A stretch of 64,000 nt of DNA from Mustelus asterias. Taxonomy: Eukaryota. The notes under the pieces were generated by a model, which saw only the letters and a program-made list of their open reading frames with translations, was not told the DNA's origin and did not search any database. The position numbers were made by a program, and so were the translations under genes. Of this stretch, positions 50,061 to 63,127 are shown in pieces. Location of the stretch: contig NC_135817.1 in the NCBI RefSeq assembly GCF_964213995.1, positions 26,040,001 through 26,104,000 of the forward strand, in the 5' to 3' direction. How positions within the stretch are numbered: the first letter of the stretch is position 1; every line of letters begins with the position of its first letter.

Positions 50061-51170
50061 CTATACTTTTCAAGGTGCACCTACCCCTTCCCACACTGCA
50101 AATTTGATAATTCCATTTTCTTTATGGCTCTGCCCATTTTTCAGAAAGAGTTGCTGAACAGTAAGTTTCTTTGTAATAATGAAGAGAATGATAAAAAGGG
50201 GGCATTTGGGCATCGAATGCCCTACTAGTGAATGCAGAATCCATGGTCACTTTGAAAAAGGGAAATGGATAAAAATCTGAAAAAGGAACACTTCAAAAAG
50301 GTGTGGACAAAGAGGAGGTTAATGGGTCAATCCAGCACAACAAATAGACCAAACAACCTCCTACCATGCAGTAAAATTCTATAGTTCTGTTGCTTCACTC
50401 ATTATACAGACATTCCCATGATCCAGAAAACAGGGGAGAAATTCATGAAACATTAGCTGGGACAAAAAAAAATTAATAGATCTTAAACATCGATTGGACT
50501 TTTAGACAAAAGTTGTTAGCAACACTTGCAATGCGCTGAGAATTAGTTGGTAAATAAATACATTCATTTAAATCAAATACATTTCAGCTTTTATTCATTC
50601 TGTCCCTTTCAATTGGGACTTTTATCAGCTTCCTATTAATGTCTCACTCGGACGGATTTCTAGCTAAACATTCCAAGTTACAATGGAGCTCTTCAAGTCC
50701 CTCATTATTATGCTGGCTCCTCTCCGTGTATAATTAGAGTCCAGCTCAAAATGAGAATACATTCTGAATAGAAAGTAGGTCAGAGCCTGAATCCAACAGG
50801 AAACAAGCGGAATGGTATTCTGCCCTATTTCCCGGTCTGCATTTGCCTTAATCAGGATACCGATAGAGCGTCTTCCCAGCATCTTGTTCACTACTCATTA
50901 TTTTTGAGTGTTACCACTTTTATATACCCTTAAGAAGATGAAAAGCTACAATTTCTGCTTGCTGCTTTCTTCCCACCTGGGACACCAAATCTTGGTCATT
51001 TAACTATTCGGAGTGGATGTCTCCAACTCTGGGTATTACTGTTGGTACAGTAAGAAGTCTCACAACATCAGGTTAAAGATGGTGGTAAACCTGGTGTTGT
51101 GAGACTTCTTACTGTGTTTACACCAGTCCAACGCTGGCATCTCCACATTATTACTGTTGATGTCAATGCA
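49637..51170 (+). repeat. 211-bp direct repeat pair (49637-49847 and 50960-51170)
   Basis: 3 mismatches by eye; offset 1323 bp. Confidence 0.95.
51045..51148. mobile_element. Mini Penelope-like insertion forming a 28-bp hairpin, with 11-bp TSD
   Basis: TATTACTGTTG at 51034-51044 and 51149-51159; arms 51047-51074 and 51088-51115; resembles the pLTR end at ~23598-23626. Confidence 0.8.
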
Positions 51171-52897
51171 CAGAGTTACTGTGATTTCAGAGCAACTCTC
51201 AGCCAGTGAAGGTCACAAACCAGTCTGACTGAAGGTTGGAAGTCTCAAATTGGCTCTGACTCAATGCTCTCTTACTGATGGATCCTTGATGAATTGCTAC
51301 TTGAATTCCTTTTAGTGGAGCCTACATGAGCTCTGGTTTCTGCTGGCACCCATAACTTTGGCATCTGGCATGAAATCGCTAAACTGATGTGAGGATCAAG
51401 GGGCCACAGCAGAAGAAACCTCTGTTGGCTCCACCATGATAGTTTTCAGTGGCAGGTAGTGAGAGACAGAAGGACAGCAGATACGTGAGAGTGTGATTGT
51501 GTATAGGCCTGAACAGGTAAGGACAGTCTAATATCCCCAAAGGACCTTTGTTTGGTTCTTCTAGCAATCTGACAAGTGGTCACTTTCACTGATACCAACC
51601 TTTCCTTTTTCCAGATTTGTTTTAACTTAATTCAAATATGCCGTGGTGCAGTTTGTGCTTGATCATTTCCAAGTCACGTCAAATTAAAACTTGCTAATTT
51701 GACCTTCTCACTACCATGGCCAGAGAGACACTTGGGGTTGGTGATCTTTAGCTTGAACCTCGTGGTCTAGGTTTTAGACTTCATACAGGGAACTACGTAC
51801 AGGAGGTCTGTTCTTTTCTCATAATGTTACATTTTGGCACACAGATGCATCATAACATTGTGCAAATGGATGTATCTCCATTGCACAGTGGCATACATGA
51901 GCTGCACTTCTTCTCAGTACCAGTGGTCTCCCTGAACATGGCCAGTTAGGGTGACATGTTTTCCAGTGTTCACATGTACCACCTGGCCCAGCCCCAAGAA
52001 GGTTTTGTGGCGGGTCAATGCAGAGGTGATGTGCTTTTTGGAGTACTGATCAGCAACACAACCATCAGTCTGGGCTCAGATCTTGTGCTGGTATATACAT
52101 TCCTACTCTGAGACTGTGATAGCCTCCTGCATTGACTCACTCAATGGGGAAAATCGTAGACTGAATTGTGAAGCCATTAAAAAAATCTGGTATTCTTAGG
52201 CTTTGCACTCCGCAGGGAGCTCTGGTTGGTCTCTAGTAATGTTATTTGTGAAGATGAGAACAAGTACTTGAATTTACTCAGGAGGTGGCAAATGAGGGAG
52301 GATACAGGAAATCACTAACTGAAAATTTGCAAGTCTATGACACGCTGTTGTATGCATTAATATTGGATCTTACAATATATATATGTGTTTATGATTGTGT
52401 AACAGATTATCAGACATTAAAGTTTATTTTATTAGTGTCACAAGTAGGCTTACATTAACTCTGCAATGAAGTTACTGTGAAAATCCCCTAGTCGCCACAC
52501 TGTTTGGGTACACTGAGGGAGAATTTAGCATGGCCAGCACGTCTTTTGGACTGTGGGAGAAAACCGGAGCACCCGGAGGAAACCCACGCAGACATGGGGA
52601 GAACATGCAGACTCTGCACAGGCAGTGACCCAAGCCAGGAATCAAACCCAGGTCCCTGGTGCTATGAGGCAACAGTGCCAACCACTGTGCCAGCCTTTAA
52701 TATAATCATGGAAATGGCTTAACATCTGTAGCAGCTTTGGAGGAGGCGACAGCATCTTTATTGAAATTCTGTTAAAACGTTTGATTTTCTTAGTGCCTTT
52801 CTGTAGCTAGTTGGTAGAATATTGTTGTCCAGATTACAATCGTGAAACAATTAAAAATTCCTGGTACTAATAATTCTAGATATTTCTGTACATTTTA

Positions 52898-53255
52898 CAT
52901 AGAACATAGAAACCCTACAGTGCAGAAGGAGGCCATTCGGCCCATCGAGTCTGCACCGACCACAATCCCACCCAGGCCCTACCCCCAGATATTTACCCAC
53001 TAATCCCTTTAACCTATGCATCCCAGGACACTAAGGGGCAATTTTAGCATGGCCAATCAACCTAACCTGCACATCTTTGGACTGTGGGAAGAAACCGGAG
53101 CACCCGGAGGAAACCCACGCAGACACGAGGAGAATGTGCAAACTCCACACAGACAGTGACCCGAGCCGGGAATCGAACCCAGGACCCTGGAGCTGTGAAG
53201 TAGCAGTGTTAACCACTGTGCTACCGTGCCGCCCCCACTGTGCTACCGTGCCGCT
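52898..53255 (-). mobile_element. Full-length HE1-type SINE with duplicated 5' end; adjacent CR1 tail ~53290-53402 (+)
   Basis: CCACTGTGCTACCGTGCCGC occurs twice at ~53213-53254. Confidence 0.9.
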
Positions 53256-53907
53256 CACCTTGTTTTCTATGTTTTTCTATGTTTCTATCATGGGACTTAA
53301 TAGGATGGAGGGTTATAGATGGGCCTAAAGGTGGGGATATGTTCGGCACAACTTGTGGGGCCGAAGGGCCTGTTTTGTGCTGTAGTTTTCTATGTTTCTA
53401 TCTTTTAACTCACCTTTCTAAAACTGTCTCTCTGTTTTAACAGTCACAGGGCACAGAGAGTGACTTTGACAACTAGGATGGGATTTTACAGCCTCCCTTG
53501 TCCTGAAACCGTAAAATCCCGCCTGAGATCCAAGGATATTTCAATTGTCCACCCCTCGCCTGCTCCGATTCCATGGCGGGCCGCGCAAAATTCCAGCCGT
53601 AGAGTTATTTTCTATATTTCATTAAAAAATGCTTTAATTCTAATTCTTTTAAGTGTAGCTTCACTTGACTCAGTCTTTAAGTGTTAAAATAATATTATGT
53701 AATTGACCTTAAGTCTTAGATTATTTGCAACATCTAGCAGGTGCACATCAGGTAACCCCAAAGTTTTTGCATGCGACATCTCCTCCCTGACTCCCTTTAT
53801 CTCAGATAGAACAATAGATGCCAAATGGTTTGATTCTCAACCTATGTCTCAAATTCCACATCCTCTTCATCACCAAGACTACTTATTTTGATTTACATTT
53901 CAAATAC

Positions 53908-54247
53908 CTGAGCACATAATCCAGACTCACGCTTGAACGCAGCACTAAGGGAATCCTGCCCTGATTGAGGTCCCCTTTTCTTCCTCAGATGGATATGAAA
54001 GATCCCGCAATACTCTTTGAAGAACAAAAAAAAGTCAGTGTCCCCTCCCAGTGTCCTGGCCAACATGTATCTCTTATCTCATCACTAAAATAGATCATAG
54101 GGCACTATTGCCTGTGGCACTTTACTCTGTGCTAATTACCAGTTGTGCTTCCTACATTAGAACAATGACTACACTTCAGTAAGTAATAGGTATAAAGGAC
54201 ATTTGAGATGCCCTGAAAGTTGTGAAAGACACTATATAAATGCTTTC
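53908..54247 (+). mobile_element. Ancient Deu-domain SINE (SacSINE1/AmnSINE1-like)
   Basis: CAGATGGATATGAAAGATCCC...TGTCCTGGCCAACAT...CCTACATT...GACTACACTTCA...CTATATAAATGC pattern. Confidence 0.6.
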
Positions 54248-54713
54248 TTTGCCCACTTTTGCTCCTCACCTCAGTGATTCTGCATTGAAACACTTGAAAA
54301 TAATTTAGCTGTCTACTGGCCTTACTTCCTCTTCACTCAATCTCTAATTGTGTCAAAAATGTAGCACCTCTGTCACACGTGCAGCACTGCTTGCCCAACT
54401 GATCCTCACACACTCACAATGGACTCCTATCATCCAACATATCTAAAATCCATCAACAGATTTCTCCATGGCCTTGCATACTGCAACCACTTTTGGTCAC
54501 ACTTCCTCTTCTGCACTCTTTGGTCTTCAGACTCTGGCCTGCTGTGCACGCTTTCCTTCCTTGTCCCATTGCTTGCAGGTCCTCTTGTGTGGGACTCTTT
54601 CCCCAAAATCCTCCACTCCTCCGAATGTTTCTTTTCTATTAAAAACCTTTTCAAATCTTTGTCTTTGCCCAACAGTCCCTGAAGTGGTTTAAAACCAAAT
54701 GATGTAAAATAGC

Positions 54714-54900
54714 TAAAAGCAAAATACTGCGGATGTTGGAATCTGAAACAAAAACAGAAAATGCTGGAAAACCTCAGCAGGTCTGACAGTATCTGTGGGG
54801 AGAGAATTGAGCCAACATTTCGAGCCTAAATGACCCTTCATCAGAGTTGAGAGCGAAGAGAGTCAGCAGAGATTTATACTATGAGGGTGGGTGGGGCGGG
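54714..54900 (-). mobile_element. Penelope-like terminal repeat with hammerhead-like core
   Basis: Minus strand CTGATGA-A-GGGTC(ATTTA)GGCTC-GAAA-TGTT at 54844-54814. Confidence 0.7.
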
Positions 54901-57900
54901 GGGGATAGGGGTGTGGCATGGAATTGGACAAAGGGAATGTAAATAAGGATACAGAAGGCTGAGAAGGTGCTAAAAAGTGTCCATTAAGTGATCAGAATGC
55001 ATGAATGGCAGAACAGAGGTGCAGATTGTTGAAGGACTACCTGAAGGCAGTTGCCCTGAAAGGGAAGGAACGGGGGAGGGGAGAGCGGAAAGAAGGAGAG
55101 CTGGAATGGAAAGTGGAGAAATGGAGGAGAGAAAGAAGGATGATACAAAATGAAATAAAATAAATGGAAATGTAAAATGGCTAATTGAAGAGGAAATGCA
55201 GTTTCAGATGGGGCTGTAACTAAATGCAAGTAACCAAAGACCTTTAATAAACGACAACAGCAAAACACAAGGAATGGCTCAAATCCAAAACCCATGCTTG
55301 CAATCTAGTCACAACAGGAAATGCACTTATAAATCCAGTTAAGTTTCACAATTATGCACCTTTCTAACACAGTAGGTATTCAAAATCGTATGTTGGTTTC
55401 AGACATCAAATAACCGTCAAAATAATTTGAATTATTTTACAGGAGGGCAGTGTCTGCAATGACTTTCATCGTGACATTTTTGGGAATAGTTGTTGCAGAA
55501 AGATAACATAGAAATGAAAAAGTTCCCAACGAGACAATGATACCTCTTTAAAGTTGCAGTTACCATCGGGTCAATCTGCGCATGTTTAGAAGTAGAACAT
55601 ATGAACTGGCCATAATATAAGGAAATCTTTGTTGCCAGTGATCTTGACATTAATTTGAAAAGCAACCTTTCAACTGCAGACCACCATGTGATTCATCATG
55701 TGATGTGTTCCAGATTTCAAGTGTGCCACCGAACATTTCTACAGATGAAGCAAGAAATTAGAGCACCAGCCACCCCAGGCTAATATTGTGATCACCCTAC
55801 TAGCTAGCTGAACAATAACCTGCATTTAGCAAGAGAAAAAAACATTCCTGGCCGTAATCAACAAAAAGAATGAATGCTGAGCCAAAGATGAGATATTTTA
55901 GGAGCAGTGACTAAAACTTAAATAACAGATCAATTTAATGGAGCGACTTAAAGGAGGTGAGGGAAGTAAAGATGGAGGAGTTTAAGGGGGCAGTACAAAT
56001 GCAAGGGCCAAAGGTAGTGATGGCTGCCAGTGGTGGGATGAAGGGGGAACGAGAGGCCAGAATTAGGGGAATGGACAGTTAAATGTGAGAGGGGATGGGA
56101 GTGGGGTGGTTGTAGGGCCAGAGGAGATCTCGAGACACATAGGAAATTAAATGTAAGGATGAGGATTTAACTGGCGGCGCGGGGGGGGCGGTGGTTGGGG
56201 TGGGAGGAGGGATGTTGGGGATGGGAGGGTGTTGGGGTAGCCAATAAGCATATGGGTGACTAATGAGCCTTACTTGTTGCAGGGTTGGGTATGAGTTGGT
56301 GTATGGAGAATGGGAGGCTGGTAAGGAGAGTATTGGATTGGTCAAGTCTGGAGGTGACAATGACATGGATAAGACTTCCCATGGCAGTAGCTGAGTCAGA
56401 GATGAAGTTATTGATGTTTTGGAGCTGTCAGTAGACAGACTTTGTCATAGAAAGGAAATTGACTCAGATGATTATTTTGTAGTGAATATTGTAACCTGTC
56501 TAGTTCAGCCTTAGACAACAACAACAACTTGCAATTATATAGCACCTTAACCGTAAACTGGGATTTTCTAGTCTCCCCAGAGGCTGGCATCCTTGTGGGC
56601 AGGATCGCAAAATTTGGAAAGTGGCCAAAAGTCCACAGTAAAACACTTCAAGGAGCTTTACAAAACTGTTATCAAACAAAATTGGATTACAATCCTCAAA
56701 AGGAAATATTCAGAGCTGATCAAAACCTTGGTCAAAGTGTTATCTCTTATGGAGCATCTTAAAGGAGGAGAGAGACCTACTGAGGTTGAAAGGTTTCAGG
56801 AGGGAATTCCAGATCTTGGGCGCAGGAAGCTAAAGGCATGGCTGAATGGGTTTTGTTGCAAGTTAGTATACGGGCAACAGTTTTGGATGAGTTCAAATTT
56901 ATGTGTGTTGGAAAATGGGAGAGCAAGAGGAATATTAAAATAGTTACGTTTGGAGGTTAGGCATGGATGTAGATTACAATAGCAGATAGCTGAGGCAAGT
57001 GCCCGGTTGGGAGATGCAGGCAGATGAAGATGGCCTTCATGATAGAGTGGGCAACCGATTGGAAGTTCATCTCAGGATCAATAGGATGCAGAGGTTGTGA
57101 GGGGTTTGGTTCTGGATATGAGTTATGCATCATGCATTAGTTTTGGGAGACATCTCCCCAAATATCAGTTACTAGAACCCTTCCCCATGCTTCTATGCCA
57201 TGGCGATCATCAATTTGAAATGTATTTTTGTGTGCATTGCTGCATCATTGGTGCTTACTGTCTCATTATTGCCTTGAAGTAAAGTCTAGATTTTCCAAAG
57301 GTTCCAATTCTACTTCTCTTCCCTGCACTTTTCCAAAGGTTCAAATACTTTTTATTAGTATAAGAGTTTCTTTAAGTTGACATGTAACACCTGAAATAGA
57401 AATTCCACAGCTTTGCAGTTGATAAACCAGTTTATCACTCAGAATACTTCTCGCAGAGTCAGACCTTTTAGCATTAAGCATAAAAGTCACTACTTTGATA
57501 TTAACACAAGTCAATGTGTGATTCTTAAACTTGATATACGTCTTGGATTCTAGAAACCAAATGACATATTTTAATACATACATGTAAAATTTGTGGTCAG
57601 TCAACTAAAAAGTTGAGAGGAACAAATACAATAATTTATAATGTGAATGAGCACACTTAATGGCTTTATACCTATCTTTTAAACTAAGGATTTTTTATTG
57701 CAGATAAAGTAGTATCACTTTCCCTCCAATAGCTTCCTGACTGCTTCTTGATCAACTGTTGAAAATGTTGAAATTGCTCTCACATTGCCCATGAAAAAAA
57801 GGATTCTGATCTACCAGATTAAAATATTAGATTTATATTAATACTCGGTGCAATTATGGAAACTATGGAGTAGATTGAAGGAGTATTTGAAAGTAATGGA

Positions 57901-58456
57901 TTCACAAATGTGAGACAGCATGAATTTAGGAATGGGAGGGCTGTTTGACCAGTCCCACTAATTTCTTTGCGGATGTTGCAAATAAAGCAAATATTGAAAA
58001 TTTGCAATGGAGTTTACTAGGAGTTCTAGAAAACCTTTGACAAACTTCCAAGCATTGGATTATAATCCATAAGAATACAAAATACAATGGGATTGAATAA
58101 AACTTTATCAAAAAATTATTCATAAATGAGATGTGTGAAGCTCTTGGGACAGAAACAATTATGTGTTCAGTCAGGGATAATTGGAATTAGCCATTAAACA
58201 CAAGTTATTAAACATAATTCCAAACTCCCTCTTGTGGTACGTGCGTGTATAGTAGCCTCAGGCATATAAAATGAACAATGTAATGTTCAATACTCTACAC
58301 TGTGGTGTCAAAATGAGGGAGAGTGAGAGGAGGGATTGTGGTGCTAAATGGAACAGTTCAGGTGTTAGCACATGAGCTGTTCACCAATATATATATAAAT
58401 ATCCTCTAAGCAGAACCTAATCATAAGCCAGGCTAACGCTTTGGGGACATGGGTTC

Positions 58457-60895
58457 TGTTATATATTTGGGGTTGTTGTTGTGTTGCGGTCACTTGTATA
58501 GTTTTTGATGTCTTTGCCTCAGTCTAGATCAAGCCTTTGTAGAGTTAACAGCTATTCAATAAACCTGCATTGTCGTTTGCACCCAATCCCATGTGCTGTT
58601 ACTTCACGTTCTTGTGTCCTGCGAGTGCAGGATAAAAAGAATACTGGCGACGAGGAGCAGATTAAATTCATTTTGAGCATAAGAAGGAAAAGAAAATTGG
58701 AGCTGCACTTATCAACTGGATTGGTAAGGTTGTTGGGCAGAAAAGAAGGGTTATGCCAAAAATTAAAACCGGCACCATGAGGAGTCTAGGCTGCAGAGCT
58801 CACCTTGGGAGCAGTTAGATGAGGTGCGAGTTAGAGCGAAACAGGGAGACTTTGTGCATTAAATCTAAGAAAAGCTACTGCAATTGGTTCATATTACAAT
58901 TTACAAAATAAGCTAGACCATTTATATGAAGGGAAGCATCTCAAGGAAAGTTGCTCAGCAGATCACAGTAGCACAGTGATTAGCACTACTGCCTCACAGC
59001 GCCAGAGTCCCGGGTTTGATTCTGGCCTCGGGTTACTGTCTGTGTGGAGTTTTCATGTTCTCTCCATGTCTGTCTGGGTGCTCTGATTTCCTCCCACACT
59101 CCGGGGTTAGGTTAATTGGCCATGCTAAATTGCCTCTTAGTGTCAGGGGAACCAGCAGGGTAAATAAGTAAGGATTCAGGGATAGGGCCTGGGTGGAATT
59201 GTGATCAGTGCAGACTTGATGGGCCAAATGGCCTCCTTCTGTACTGTAGGGATTTTATGATTTCCATATTGCTGTAAAATGGTGGGACAATTTGGCACTA
59301 TTGGCCCATTCAAGGAAGAATCAGAGAATTGGAAGTCCTATGCAGAAAGATTTCAGTACTATATCCTAACAAACAAGATTTCTGAGGATATTGTATTCCC
59401 TGCTTTTCTTAGCACCATTGGCAGTAAAACTTTTAATTTACTCCAAACTCTGGTCCAGCCCGAGAAACCTGGTAGCAAAACATATCAAGAATTAACTAAG
59501 ATACTGGAGGACCGTTATTCACCCAAACCATCAATTTTTGCAGGGCTTTTTAGGTTCCATAAAGAGAAATCAGTTAAAAAGAGAAAATATATAACAATTT
59601 GCTGTGACCCTAAAGCACCTCATGGAGCAAGTGCGGCATGGTGGCACAGCAGTTAGTACTGCTGCCTCACAGTGCCAGGGACCCGGTTCGATTCCGGCCT
59701 TGGATGACTGTCATTGTGGAGTTTGCATGTTCTCCCCAAATCTGTGTGGGTTTCCTCCCACAGTCCAAAGATGTGCAGGTTAGGTGGATTGGCTATGCTA
59801 AATTGCTTCATGTCCCAAGATGTGTAGGCGAGATGGATTAGCCATGGTAAATGTGTGGGGCTATGGGGATAGGGCGGGGGAGAGGGCCTGGGCAAGATAC
59901 TGTGTCAGAGGTGCAGACTCAATAGGCTGAATGACCTCCTTCACCACTGTAGAGATTCTGTGATTCAGTGAATTAATTTGATGGTTGATACGGCTTTAGA
60001 CTGTCTGATTTGTGGGTTGAGGAATGAGACTATACAGCAGAGATTACTAACTGAATGAAATTTAAGTCTGCAAACAGTTTTACAGATAAGCATTTCGATG
60101 AAACTTGCTGCTAAGGAGGCTTTGCAACTTGGAGCAGGTACAAAGATCCGTAAAATAGCTGCCGTCCAGAGAAAGTCTACCCAGCAACAGGTGTGTTAAC
60201 TCTGTGCAAAAATAGGCCATTCATAGGCTGAGTGCTGGAGAAAAGACAGCCAATGCAATGAGATTCTCGCCAGATTTGGGAAACCAGAACAAATTGTGAT
60301 AATGGACCACAATTCACGGCTCAAGAGTTTGAAGATGATATAAAGATGAGTGCTATCCAACATATAAAATCAGCACCCATTAACAAATGAATTAGCTGAA
60401 ATTTTGTCCAGTCCTTGAAGCATTCACTGAAAGCCTCCAAGGTTCATTAAATCACTGGCTAAACAGTTTCCTGGCAACGCATCGCAATACAACACACATC
60501 CCCAGTTTTACTACTACTGAAGCAACGGCTGAGAACTACTTTTGACCCACTCTTGCCACAGGAGATATCCGAGAGAGTAGAACGCAATCAGCAGCTGCAA
60601 ATATTAAGAAGAGGAGATGATTCCAAATGACCATTGTTTTGAAGAGGAGAGCAAGTTTTGGCACGCAGCTATATCACTAGTAAAGGGGGAGGAATGTTAT
60701 GTATTTGGGGTTGTCACTTAAGAGTCTAGTCACATGTATAGTTTGTGATGTCCTTGGCTGCTTCGTGGGCTTTGCCTCAGTCTAGATCAAGCATTTGTAG
60801 AGATAACAGCTGTTCAACAAAACTGTTGTTGGCTGCACCCAACCACATGTGTTTTCACTTCACGTTCTTTTGGCTAATGCGTGCAGTATATAACA
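58457..60895 (+). mobile_element. Internally deleted Gypsy (Mag-like) LTR retrotransposon with two nested HE1-type SINEs
   Basis: 5' LTR 58457-~58643; PBS TGGCGACGAGGA (58645-58656, complementary to tRNA-Ser(GCT) 3' end); gag start 59279 (ENWKSYAERF...LSTIGSKTFNLL); CCHC remnant; integrase remnant (RFGKPEQIV-NGPQFT); PPT AAAGGGGGAGGAA (60682-60694); 3' LTR 60695-60895; TSD GGTTC on both sides. Confidence 0.92.
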
Positions 60896-62916
60896 GGTTC
60901 AAATCCCACTATGGCAGCTGGTGGAATTTAAATTCAATTAATAAAATTTGGAATATGAAACTAGTCCCAGTAATGGTGACCATGAAACTATCACAGACTG
61001 TTGTGAAAAAAAAACCCTTCTGGTTTCCCCAAAGAGAAGGCATTTAAATTCTTATCTGGTCCAGCTTACATGTGCTTCCAGACTCATAGCATCCTGGTTG
61101 ACTCTTAATAACCCCCTGAGATGGACGAGCAAGCCACTCAGTTCAAAGGCAATTAGTGATGGGCAATAAATGCTGACCTTGCCAATGAAGTCATCATTTA
61201 AAATCTTTGTTGAGCTCTCACATAAATATATGCCAAATAAAGTCTTTCCACAATAAGTGAGGCAGGATCAGATGGTGAGTCAATCAAGGCCACTGTTGGA
61301 CACTTCTTCGTGCTGAGCTTAGCATTAAGTAAGGCTTGGCAGTAGATTTTTTGCTTGACCTCTATGATTGTTTGTGACACAGGCAAACCTAATACAAGGG
61401 CAAGAAATATTTGAAATTATAATAACCTGATAAAGTGGAATTACTTAATAAAGGTTTTTAGGTGTCTGGAAGGTATGATGTTAGATGCTTGACAAATCTG
61501 TGACTGGAAGGGAACACATGCTGCAAATTGTTCAAGTCATACACAAAGTTAAAATATACTTTATTCTTAACTTTGTAATGCAATTGTTTTCATACATCTC
61601 CATTTACTAGAATGGTTGATTTCTGTACATTTTGTTTTGTCTCTGGCCTTCTGCCAGTCCTTTTTATCAACACTGTACTTAATCCTTACAAACTGCTCAA
61701 ATCCTAAACGTCAGTTGAAATTTCTTTTGCTGATTGTACCTACCTGCTCATTTCTACTGCCGTTTCCAAAGGGATCTATATTTTGTTTCTTGTGAGAGAC
61801 TGCTGCTGCCTTCAAGTTGCGTCCACCGTTGGTGATGGTGCTATTTCTCTGTGACTGCTGTTCTCTGCTACAGTAACACTGCTGGGTTGGGCACTGCAGC
61901 ACAGTCTCATGTGACTTCAGTCACTGATGGAGCTCAACTCACTCTTTCACATCCCCATCTTCAGTGCACGCTATATTAATCACACAACAGAACCCTGTCT
62001 AACTGCTAGTCATTGATGTATCAATTAACCACATGCTACCAGCGTGACACTGAATGTTCCCGAAAAGAAAGTCTCTTTTCAATCAGTAAATGAATTAACC
62101 TTATGTGTGCTGCATCTCTCTCTCTCATACACACAAGTTAAGCTCTTAGACAAAAATAATCATGTGAGTAGCTTCAAAATTGAACTGTGCTGCACATTTA
62201 ATTGCTTTCATGAAAGTTTTTTAGACTATTTTCTCTCCCGTGTCCTCACCCCTGCTCTTTGGTTGTTTTACTTTTGCGCTTATTTAATCGGATCACAGTC
62301 AGGAATCTGTCCGACCTGTGCACCTTCATCAGGAGCTGCTCTGTGTTGCTCAGGAGCAGGAGCCCTTGCTTGAGGGCAGTTGTTCTGCTCCTGTTGGCTG
62401 AAGTAACAGTACACCAAACAGGGATCAAAGCCTGGGATCGAGCTGGTATGTATGGTTCTGAGAAACTTCACTTCTGAACCAGCAGGGGAGTATTTCTTAC
62501 ATTTTTATAAAATGTTCAAGTATTTGCAGCTGAAGGAAAACATGCATTATATCCACCAAGTAATACGTACTGTCTAGATAAAGGTACGCCACAGAGTCAT
62601 TTACAGTATAGAGGGAGACCATTTAGCCCATTGAAACCAAGCCAGCTCTCTGCAGAGCAATCCAGTCAGTCCCATTCCCCACTTGGTCCCAATAACTCTG
62701 CAAGTTTATTTCCTTCAAGTGCCCATCCAATTTCCTTTTGAAATCATTGATTATTTCCACTTCCACCACCTTCGTCGGTAGTGAATTCCAGGTCATTACC
62801 TCAGCTACGTTCGCAGGCCAGATCAACATCATGACATCCATTGCTATCAATTGGGTCACCTCCCTGATAGTGTATCGCCAGAGTAAAGGTGTGTCACTAA
62901 TCAGGCACGACATTTG

Positions 62917-63127
62917 GGGCAAGATTCTCCAGCATCCCAGCCGCGTATTTCCCGCCAGTGGGAGGTGGCGCATTGTTTGCTAGCAGTGGGATTCTATGGT
63001 CCCCCACCGCTGTCAATGGGAATTCGCACTGACGTTACCCCAAGCCAGCGGGAAACTCGCAGTTTGGGGTGCGCTGCCAACAGGACCGGAGAATCCTGCC
63101 GGCGTTAACAGTTGGAGAATTCTGGCC
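62917..63127. mobile_element. MITE with TIRs and 3-bp TSD (Harbinger-like)
   Basis: GGGCAAGATTCTCC...GGAGAATTCTGGCC flanked by TTG/TTG; similar to 40198-40400 in opposite orientation. Confidence 0.75.

Noticed and set aside
49637-51170. LTR retroelement or TRIM bounded by two 211-bp TG...CA direct repeats
   Set aside because: The interrupted CR1 resumes right after the first copy, not the second; no PBS, PPT or flanking TSD. Better explained as a templated duplication.
61711-62477. Exons of EGFL6 or another gene near the window end
   Set aside because: A minus-strand donor-like site exists (~61744), but translations show no EGF, MAM or TFIIS features; part of the region resembles an old SINE head.
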